From Pseudanabaena sp. (GTDB lineage Bacteria > Cyanobacteriota > Cyanobacteriia > Pseudanabaenales > Pseudanabaenaceae): 35,151 nucleotides of DNA. The notes beneath the pieces were generated by a model, which saw only the letters and a program-made list of their open reading frames with translations, did no database searches and was not told where the DNA came from. The translations under genes and the position numbers were made by a program. Below, piece after piece: positions 1 to 7,819 of this stretch; positions within the stretch are counted from its first letter, which is position 1, and each line of letters opens with the position of its first letter. Where the stretch lies: positions 1 to 35,151 of the forward strand of contig JAYVVP010000121.1 in NCBI GenBank assembly GCA_043786935.1, read 5' to 3'.

Positions 1-184
1 TAAAATCATTCTTAAGTAAAATATCGAGTTTAAATCTGGCTGTTATAAATTATTAATAACCATGATAATTTGATGTTTATATAAGTAAGCAAACTATAAA
101 AACTTTTAGACTATAATTTAATATATTGTTTTTTACATTTTAAGTTGATTATCGAAAATCTAAAAAACGTTCAGGCTAAAAGAG

Positions 185-1402
185 ATGCTAAAAGAAGAAC
201 CAAAGAAACAAATCGCCAATCGCTCTCTGATTGCAAATATATTGATTGTTGTTTTCAGTATTGGGTTAATTACGTGGGCAATTCGTTTGGTTCAATCTAA
301 ATACACATCTGTTGCCAGCTTAGATGCAGTCGTGAACGGGGTTGTCATTGATATTAAGACACCGCAAGAAGGAATTATTAAATCCTTGAAGGCAGATACA
401 GGAAGTATCATCAAGAAAGACGTTATTTTATTGTCTGTTGAGAATGATCAAGTAAGTGATCTACAGGCAAAGCAAATTAGTAGTCGCCTTAGTAGCCAAC
501 AATCCCAGCTTGTTAGTGCTGAAGGACAGCTTGATCAGTTGCTGAGTTTGACTGATTTGCTACAGTCAGACAACCAAAATCAGAAACGTCTTGAAGTTAG
601 CGATTATAGCGATCGCAACGAACAATTTGAGTCAGACCTTAGAGGTGCGATCGCTCGCGCTAAGCTTGCTGGACTTAACTACGATCGCGCTGTTTTTCTC
701 CAAAAAGAAGGAGCATATTCTCAATCTGTTCTTGATTTAGCAAAAGTAGAATTTCAGGCTCGACAATCTGAAGTCGAAAGTCTTGAAGCTCGCCGACAAA
801 GCATACTTACTAATCGCGAAGCTGCTTCTATAGGTCTAACCCTTGAGCGTACCCGCAGTAACTCTGATCCTCGTATTCGATTAGAAGAAGTTCAGTTGCA
901 AATCTCTAATCAACAACGCACGATTATAGCTCTGCGTCAAAGTATTGACGATGCTAAAAGTGAACTTATTGAAGCTAATGCCGATGTTAATCGTCGCCGC
1001 AATGCGATCGTGAAATCGCCTGTATCTGGAGTGATTTGGAAGCTTGGTGCTCGTGAAGGACAACTTGTCCGTCAAGAGCAATCTATTGGACAGATGATTG
1101 ATTGTTCTAAACGTTGGGTAGATGTATATGTCGAAGAACAGTCAGTTGAAGCTATTCAAATTGGGATGCCTGCAAAGATAGAATTATATGCTGCTAGTAC
1201 GCTAGTTTTAAATGGCAAAGTTAGCCTAATTCGTTCAGGCTTAGGACGTTTTAATGCTGGAGAAGATGTTGCAATTACGATCCCGCAAAATTTACCGCGC
1301 ACCGCTCAAGTAAGAGTTGATCTTGATAAAAATTCTGATTTAGGGGCTCCTAATGTCTTTTGTTATATTGGTTATACGGGCAAAGTTACGCTTAATAAGT
1401 AA
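185..1402 (+). CDS. HlyD-family periplasmic adaptor (membrane fusion protein), XcsB-like
   Basis: One N-terminal TM helix. Lipoyl half-motifs (IKTPQEGII, VKSPVSGVIWKLGAREGQLV) flank a long coiled coil, followed by a beta-barrel region (WVDVYVEE...GMPAKIEL...GKVSLI). Lies upstream of the GT2 synthase. Confidence 0.88.
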   Translation: MLKEEPKKQIANRSLIANILIVVFSIGLITWAIRLVQSKYTSVASLDAVVNGVVIDIKTPQEGIIKSLKADTGSIIKKDVILLSVENDQVSDLQAKQISSRLSSQQSQLVSAEGQLDQLLSLTDLLQSDNQNQKRLEVSDYSDRNEQFESDLRGAIARAKLAGLNYDRAVFLQKEGAYSQSVLDLAKVEFQARQSEVESLEARRQSILTNREAASIGLTLERTRSNSDPRIRLEEVQLQISNQQRTIIALRQSIDDAKSELIEANADVNRRRNAIVKSPVSGVIWKLGAREGQLVRQEQSIGQMIDCSKRWVDVYVEEQSVEAIQIGMPAKIELYAASTLVLNGKVSLIRSGLGRFNAGEDVAITIPQNLPRTAQVRVDLDKNSDLGAPNVFCYIGYTGKVTLNK

Positions 1403-1481
1403 TTAGTATTTATATAGTTACAAGTAAAGGTCTTAAGACAATTGTTGTGATAAGCAAATCATAGGTTTAACTTATTAACTG

Positions 1482-1532
1482 AAAGATTAAAGGAAAAGGA
1501 GATGCAAAGCATCTTCTTTTCCTTTAATCTTT
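1482..1532. terminator. 24-bp stem hairpin with AAA loop; likely terminator or REP-like palindrome after the HlyD gene
   Basis: AAAGATTAAAGGAAAAGGAGATGC-AAA-GCATCTTCTTTTCCTTTAATCTTT, with one G:U pair and followed by T residues. Confidence 0.7.
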
Positions 1533-1549
1533 TTGAAATTATAGCGATT

Positions 1550-1614
1550 TTTATATAACTTTTAAATAACTTTATTAATATTTTATAAAATTTATATAAC
1601 TTTTAAATAACTTT
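1550..1614. repeat. Exact 24-bp direct repeat, 2 copies
   Basis: TTTATATAACTTTTAAATAACTTT at 1550-1573 and 1591-1614. Confidence 0.8.
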
Positions 1615-1941
1615 TAGTGGTTGCCAAGCAAATTAATATCAAAGATAATACGAAAAATTAATAAAGAATATAAATTTTATAAATCATTATTTCTTTCATT
1701 AAACTTCAATATTAAGCAGTTGATATTTTGTAAGAGGTAAATCTTATGAATGTGCCTTTAGCAATTTTCAATAAGTTATAAATAAATCCTGATTAATAAG
1801 ATTACAAGTTCCAATCTTAATCAATTGATATTTTTAAAAATTTCTAATTCAAATTAAATAAGTTTATATAGCATTTGTTAATAGGGTATTTAATGCCTTA
1901 CAGTTTTTGTTTTGACCAAACCAAGAGATCATTCTAAAACT

Positions 1942-4209
1942 ATGAAAATTACAGTGCAACCACCTAGATCTAAAGCGAAAAAAACTGGGTTTCCTCTGCC
2001 AATATTGCAGTTAGTCCTAAATCCCAAATCACTTACTCAGCAACATATTTCTCCTTGGGTTTGGGGCTTTTTTATCATTAGTCTTATAGTTTGTATGGCT
2101 TGTATATTTGTGACGCTTAATCGTCCGACCTTACTGCCTTTTCAAAATGTTAATCCTCTAGAATTGCGTGTTTTACCTAGTTTTTTAAGTTTACCAACTA
2201 ATTTAGATGACATATTTATACCTGCGTCAGCGATCACAGCTTTCTGCATTACATTAATATTTCTGCCCGCAAATAATTTTACTCGTCTAATTGTTCACAC
2301 AGTTATTAGTATCTTGGCAGTTCGATATTTAGTATGGCGAACTACAGCCACTCTGAATACATCGCATTGGTTGAGCCTAATCGTCAGCATCGCTTTGCTA
2401 GTTAATGAGTTGGTATGGATTAGTACATATTTGCTATATCTTTTTCAGACAACTTGGACAACCGAAACTAAACGCAAAAAAGAGGCTGATTACTATGAAC
2501 AATCAGTAATAGCAGGTGAATACTTGCCTTCAGTAGATGTGTTCATCCCTACATACAAAGAGCCAGATTTTATTGTTCGTCGCACTGCTATTGGCTGTCA
2601 AGCAATGGATTATCCTAATAAGACTGTCTATATTCTTGATGATACTCGCCGTCCACATATTCAACAAATGGCTGAGGAACTGGGTTGCAAATATATTACT
2701 CGTCCTGATAATAACCATGCTAAGGCAGGCAACCTAAACAACGCATTGCCGCAAACTGATGGCGAACTGATTACAATAATGGACGCTGATTTTGTACCAT
2801 TTACTAAATTTTTGATGCGAACGGTTGGCTTTTTTCAGAATCCTAAATACGATCTGGTTCAGACTCCTCAATTTTTCTATAATCCCGATTATCATGCTCG
2901 TAATTTGGGGTTATCAAACAAGATGCCTAATGATATGGAGCATTTTTTTGGACATGTTCAGCCTAGCCGAGATAATGGTAATTGTGTGATCTGTTGCGGT
3001 ACATCTTATGTAGTTCGTCGCAGCAGTCTGGAAGCGATCGGTGGTTATTACACTGGTTGTTGTGTTGAGGACTATCAAACTTCGATCAAGCTCCTTACTA
3101 ATGGTGGCTGTATTGCTTATGTAAACGAACTCTTAAGCATGGGCGAATCAACACGTATGTTTGCTGATTTTCTTGACCAACGATTGCGTTGGTTGCAGGG
3201 GAACATGCAGGTTTATTATCGTAAGGATTTGCATATATGGACAAAGTTAAACTGGATCCAAAAGAGCTTTCATATTTCGCTGATTTTCTTTTGCTTTAAT
3301 CCTGTTGTTAGAGCTATATCTTTAGTAATGCCTTTATTAAGTATGTTTTTTGGAACGGCTCCTTTGATTACATCTGTTCCTGAATATCTTTTTTATGCAG
3401 CGCCATTTGCGATCGCCTTTACGTTTGTATTTGGCTGGTCTACAGGTGATCGTTTGTCAGCCGTGTGGAATGAAGTCTATGAGACAGCCTTCTGCTTCCC
3501 TGCACTCAATCGTTTATCTTTAGTTTTACGTAATCCATTTGCCAAAGCTTCGACTGCCACCCGTAAGGGAGTTAAAGCTGATCGCAAAAATTACAATTTC
3601 AATCAAACATATCCTTTACTGATCATTATGTCTCTCACAGTGATTGGCATAGTATTTCATTATGGGGGATATATGCTTGGTTTTTGGGCGATAAATCAGC
3701 ATGAGTATGCAGGCAAAGAAATACTTATGGTTTGGTTGATTTACAACTTTATTGTTATGGCGGTGGCAGTACTTTCATCAATTGATCAGCCTGTACGTCG
3801 CGATGTTGATCGATTTCCATTGTGTACATTTTGTAAGCTGACAATTGATGATCGGGTTTACTGGGGTTATACCAACGATTTATCAGAAGGAGGTACAAGT
3901 CTGACTCTAAATAAAAACAATGAGCTTTCAAACTTAAAACATGATCAGGAAGGCTTGCTAGAGTTTGTGGAGCAGGGACTTGCCATTAAATGTACTGTGT
4001 TGCGAGCTGCTAGTAGCGATAGATTTGGTAATGCCTCCATAAAGTTTCGCGATGTTACTCTTGAACAGAATCGCAAATTAATCGTTTTATTATATTGCTC
4101 ATTAGAATGGTGGAAAGAGCGGAAGAAGCCTAATGGTTTAGATTCATTTTTGGAAATTGTTGCGGCAATTTTTAAGTGCAAGCCGCTATTGAATGTTCAT
4201 AAAAATTAA
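1942..4209 (+). CDS. Processive GT2 polysaccharide synthase (cellulose synthase BcsA/XcsA-like) with C-terminal PilZ domain
   Basis: Motifs ILDD, HAKAGNLN, MDADF, QTPQ, VED and QRLRW, plus several TM helices. PilZ motifs RRDVDR (RxxxR) and DLSEGG (DxSxxG). ATG at 1942 preferred over TTG at 1912. Confidence 0.9.
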   Translation: MKITVQPPRSKAKKTGFPLPILQLVLNPKSLTQQHISPWVWGFFIISLIVCMACIFVTLNRPTLLPFQNVNPLELRVLPSFLSLPTNLDDIFIPASAITAFCITLIFLPANNFTRLIVHTVISILAVRYLVWRTTATLNTSHWLSLIVSIALLVNELVWISTYLLYLFQTTWTTETKRKKEADYYEQSVIAGEYLPSVDVFIPTYKEPDFIVRRTAIGCQAMDYPNKTVYILDDTRRPHIQQMAEELGCKYITRPDNNHAKAGNLNNALPQTDGELITIMDADFVPFTKFLMRTVGFFQNPKYDLVQTPQFFYNPDYHARNLGLSNKMPNDMEHFFGHVQPSRDNGNCVICCGTSYVVRRSSLEAIGGYYTGCCVEDYQTSIKLLTNGGCIAYVNELLSMGESTRMFADFLDQRLRWLQGNMQVYYRKDLHIWTKLNWIQKSFHISLIFFCFNPVVRAISLVMPLLSMFFGTAPLITSVPEYLFYAAPFAIAFTFVFGWSTGDRLSAVWNEVYETAFCFPALNRLSLVLRNPFAKASTATRKGVKADRKNYNFNQTYPLLIIMSLTVIGIVFHYGGYMLGFWAINQHEYAGKEILMVWLIYNFIVMAVAVLSSIDQPVRRDVDRFPLCTFCKLTIDDRVYWGYTNDLSEGGTSLTLNKNNELSNLKHDQEGLLEFVEQGLAIKCTVLRAASSDRFGNASIKFRDVTLEQNRKLIVLLYCSLEWWKERKKPNGLDSFLEIVAAIFKCKPLLNVHKN

Positions 4210-4224
4210 ACTAACTGCTAGGTC

Positions 4225-5538
4225 ATGGGAATTCTGAATAACACTCGTTTGCTGTTGTGGATATCGGCGATCGCGCTCTTAATTGGATTGTTTCAGCCTC
4301 TTACTTTTTCAATGGTTGCTGACTCTCAAGCTAAGTTGATTGAACCAACAATTAATCAACTTGACGAAAGGATTCGTAAAATTCGCATGGGCGATTTGCA
4401 GATAAAAGTGATTGATGCTAAACGAAGTCCAATCGCTAATGCTGAAGTTACGATCAAGCAAATGTCGAATGCTTTTCAGTTTGGTACATCTTTGCGGACA
4501 GAAATGTTTAGCGACAATGTAGAAAAGTCCGACCAAAAAAAGTATTTAGAAATAGCTAAAGAACTGGCAAATAGCAGTGTTCATGAAGATGCGCTCAAAT
4601 GGTATTCCACAGAGTCAGAGCGTGGACAGATTAATTATGCTGATGCTGATCGTATTCTGGCATGGAGCGATCGCAATTATCCGTTACCGATGCGCGGACA
4701 TAACCTGTTTTGGGAAGTTGAACGTTGGAGTCAAACATGGTTAAAGCAATTAAGTAACGATGATTTGCGCCAAGCAGTCTACAATCGCGCAACTGATATT
4801 TGTACTCGCTATCGAGGACGCATCGTTGAATATGATGTCCTCAATGAAATGTTGCATGGCAATTTTTTTCGCGGTAGATTAGGCGATCGCATCGTTGATG
4901 ATATGTTCGCAAGGTGTGCGAAAGCCGATCCTCAGGCTCGTCTTTACCTTAATGAATATGACATCCTGAACGGCAAACTGGTTGAGGCTTACAGCAAACA
5001 AATTCGGATGCTTTTAGATCGGGGCGTTGCAGTCGGCGGAATCGGCATCCAAGCTCATATTCGCGAAAATATTTCTGTCGGGACAATGCAATCAAGTATT
5101 GATACTTTAGCTAAGTTAGGTTTACCAATCAAAATCACAGAGGTTAGCGTTGTTGCTGATACGGAAGCTCGCCAAGCTCAAGTTCTTACAGATTTATATC
5201 GTGTTGCTTTTGCACACCCTGCTGTCAAAGGAATTACTCTCTGGGGATTTTGGGAAGGTGCTGCATGGGAGCCGAAAACTGCTCTCTATGATCGCCAGTT
5301 TAAACCTCTGCCTGCGGCAATTGCCTATCGCAAGCTTGTGCTAGAGCAGTGGCGAACTAATACGACAGGTAAAACGGGTAATGTAGGCGATCATCGCACT
5401 GGTCTATATTCAACACGCGCTTTCTTTGGCACTTATCAAGTAACTGTAAAGAAGGGCGATCGTAGCACTCAGAAAATGATTATTTTTAATGATCAAAATA
5501 GTAATCAAAAATTACCCTATACAATTCAGATTTCATAA
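4225..5538 (+). CDS. Exported glycoside hydrolase family 10 (endo-1,4-beta-xylanase-like)
   Basis: Signal or TM N-terminus. GH10 motifs LKW, RGHNLFW, YDVLNE (acid/base), LYLNEY, GIGIQAH, IKITE (nucleophile) and GITLWGF. Starts 15 bp after the synthase stop. Confidence 0.88.
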   Translation: MGILNNTRLLLWISAIALLIGLFQPLTFSMVADSQAKLIEPTINQLDERIRKIRMGDLQIKVIDAKRSPIANAEVTIKQMSNAFQFGTSLRTEMFSDNVEKSDQKKYLEIAKELANSSVHEDALKWYSTESERGQINYADADRILAWSDRNYPLPMRGHNLFWEVERWSQTWLKQLSNDDLRQAVYNRATDICTRYRGRIVEYDVLNEMLHGNFFRGRLGDRIVDDMFARCAKADPQARLYLNEYDILNGKLVEAYSKQIRMLLDRGVAVGGIGIQAHIRENISVGTMQSSIDTLAKLGLPIKITEVSVVADTEARQAQVLTDLYRVAFAHPAVKGITLWGFWEGAAWEPKTALYDRQFKPLPAAIAYRKLVLEQWRTNTTGKTGNVGDHRTGLYSTRAFFGTYQVTVKKGDRSTQKMIIFNDQNSNQKLPYTIQIS

Positions 5539-5585
5539 ACGAAAAAATAGAGATGGTGCAAATTACTACCGCTATTTTTTTGTTT
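5537..5585. terminator. Inverted repeat or probable terminator after the GH10 gene
   Basis: AAACGAAAAAATAG ... CTATTTTTTTGTTT arms, one G:U pair. Confidence 0.5.
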
Positions 5586-5736
5586 AAAGTTGATGAAAGC
5601 TATGAAAGCTATAATTAAAAAATAGTTAAAGCGACTTGATTGCAGTTTTCGATAATCTGGGAACAAGAGGTTTAAGCCAGTTGTCTGCATTGCTATTAGT
5701 TGCAAATAAAAAAAGACTGCTCTTAAGGATGTTTTT

Positions 5737-7146
5737 GTGAAAAAAGGAATAAAAAAAGGATTTGTTAACTTTATTGCCTCTAGCCTTGTATTTTGCGGTG
5801 GTGTAAGCGCGATCGCAACTATTCCTTTGATATCGGCTGATCCTGTCCAAGCTCAGTCCAATGAAGCTACAAATATTCGTGTTTACAAATTAGCTAGTCC
5901 TGCTGTTGTATCGATCCAATCCCAGCGCGGTAGTGGCAGTGGTTCGATCATTGATGCAAAGGGATTGATTTTGACTAATGCCCATGTTGTTCGCGGTGAA
6001 ACAACAGTAAATGTAATCCTTAGTGACAAGCGCCAATTTCGCGGTGTAGTAATCGCTAGTACTCGCAATCCTGATTTGGCGGTAATTAAATTAGAAGGCG
6101 TAACTGAAAGTCTGCCGACAATTCAGATTGCAAGTTCGAGCGATATTCAAGTAGGGCAAAGAGCTTTTGCGATCGGCAATCCGTTTGGACGCTTTGCGGG
6201 GACGCTTACCACAGGGATCATCAGTCGGATCGATCTTGAACGCAAGTTATTACAAACTGATGCAGCGCTTAATCCTGGAAATTCAGGGGGACCTTTGCTC
6301 AATGGTCGCGGTGAATTAGTGGGTGTAAATACAGCAATTTTTACAACAAACTCCGTCAATAGCGGCATCGGTTTAGCGATCGAGGCAGATACAGTTAAGA
6401 AATTTATTGCTGCCGTAAGACAAGGAACGATCACTACTAATCCTACGCCTCTAGTTAGTCCCAGCCTTCTTACTCTTGATGGCAATGCGATCGCAGCCTC
6501 ACTTACGGCTTCTGACAATACATTACCCGACGGTAGTTACTACAAAGCTTATCAATTTCAGGGTCAAGCAGGTCAGTCTGTGGTGATTGAGATGCGCGGT
6601 AATAACATTGATCCCTATTTGGTGCTATTTGACGCGAGTGGACGTAAAGTTGCGGAAGATGATGATGGGGCTGGCGGCAAAAATGCGCGCCTTAAGGTCA
6701 CTTTACCGAGTACAGGTAAATATACGCTCTATGCTAATTCTTACGAAATTGGCAAAACTGGTTCATTTACGATCGCAGGAAGTCTGAGCAATAACTTTAC
6801 TGCCGAATCAACAGGCGATCGCAGAATCCTTTTACAGAAGAATGGAGTTTTAGGAACCCAAAGTCGAGTCTTGGCGAGAGATGGCAGCTTTTTTGATGCC
6901 TTTAGTTTTAATGGACAAGCAGGACAAGTGGTGCAGATTGAACTTATAAGTTCTGATTTTCATCCCTATTTAGTGTTGTTCTCTCCAAATAGCAGGGTAT
7001 TGCAAGAAAATAATGGCTTACCTAGTCGTAAACAAGCGACGATGACACTTGAACTACCTTTTACGGGAACCTATCGAACTATCGTGAATGCTTTTGATCG
7101 CACAGGAAAAGGATCGTATAAACTCACTGTCCAAAGAGTGAAATAA
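5737..7146 (+). CDS. Secreted trypsin-like (S1C, HtrA-related) serine protease with two C-terminal PPC domains and no PDZ
   Basis: Signal peptide. Catalytic triad in TNAHVV, DLAVIK and GNSGGPL. Two repeats of F.GQAGQ.V.IE....PYLVLF......LP.TG.Y, typical of the PPC domain. GTG start. Confidence 0.88.
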   Translation: MKKGIKKGFVNFIASSLVFCGGVSAIATIPLISADPVQAQSNEATNIRVYKLASPAVVSIQSQRGSGSGSIIDAKGLILTNAHVVRGETTVNVILSDKRQFRGVVIASTRNPDLAVIKLEGVTESLPTIQIASSSDIQVGQRAFAIGNPFGRFAGTLTTGIISRIDLERKLLQTDAALNPGNSGGPLLNGRGELVGVNTAIFTTNSVNSGIGLAIEADTVKKFIAAVRQGTITTNPTPLVSPSLLTLDGNAIAASLTASDNTLPDGSYYKAYQFQGQAGQSVVIEMRGNNIDPYLVLFDASGRKVAEDDDGAGGKNARLKVTLPSTGKYTLYANSYEIGKTGSFTIAGSLSNNFTAESTGDRRILLQKNGVLGTQSRVLARDGSFFDAFSFNGQAGQVVQIELISSDFHPYLVLFSPNSRVLQENNGLPSRKQATMTLELPFTGTYRTIVNAFDRTGKGSYKLTVQRVK

Positions 7147-7176
7147 ATTTTGATTTAGAGAAAGGGAGGATTTGCT

Positions 7177-7764
7177 ATGCGTCAAAAATATGTAGCTATG
7201 GGAATTAGCATCGGATTACTATTTGCCTTAACACCTATTGCCTTAACACCTAGTGCTTTTGCAGTAGTACCTGTATCTGTTAAACAAGATTCTGATGTAC
7301 CTTGGTCGAGTATTATCGATAATGCTTTTGATGGCAAACTTGTTTACGATAAGCACTTTACAGATGATTTTGCTTTTGTGACCAGTTGGTCTAGGCAGGG
7401 AATTAAGGCAACATATACAGAGTATTGGACAGAAACTGTCGGTTATCGCAACATCCATAAAACTCGCCGTATTTGGTATCACGATCGCTATATCGATGAG
7501 CGTTATACAGATAGAGATCCAATTCGCGAACAAAGATCGCGATCGCGCTCACCTAAAGCTTTATTGTTTGCGCTTAATGGGGAGATTTACACTTATACAA
7601 GTGGAGAAGTTGATCGTCAACTAGCCGAGGCTCTGGCAAATGCACCTGCGGGAAATATGACAATTAGAGCAGTCTGGAGAGATGATTCTACTTCTGATTT
7701 ACCGATTGGCGCTGGCACTGTAGAAGCTTGGAAAAGTATTTTTAAAGCTGCACCCAAACTTTAG
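7177..7764 (+). CDS. Hypothetical secreted protein
   Basis: Strong RBS (GGAGGA) and a signal peptide ending AFA. Starts 30 bp after the protease gene. Confidence 0.75.
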   Translation: MRQKYVAMGISIGLLFALTPIALTPSAFAVVPVSVKQDSDVPWSSIIDNAFDGKLVYDKHFTDDFAFVTSWSRQGIKATYTEYWTETVGYRNIHKTRRIWYHDRYIDERYTDRDPIREQRSRSRSPKALLFALNGEIYTYTSGEVDRQLAEALANAPAGNMTIRAVWRDDSTSDLPIGAGTVEAWKSIFKAAPKL

Positions 7765-7769
7765 TAATG

Positions 7770-7804
7770 AAAGGAAAATGGACTTAAAGCATCCACTTTC
7801 CTTT
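7770..7804. terminator. Probable bidirectional terminator hairpin between convergent genes
   Basis: AAAGGAAAATGGA-CTTAAAGCA-TCCACTTTCCTTT, one mismatch, with A- and T-rich flanks. Confidence 0.6.
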
Positions 7805-7819
7805 TTGAATTTTACTTTT

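Noticed and set aside
1550-1614. Mini CRISPR array
   Set aside because: Only two low-complexity AT-rich copies with a 17-nt gap, and no cas genes in the window.
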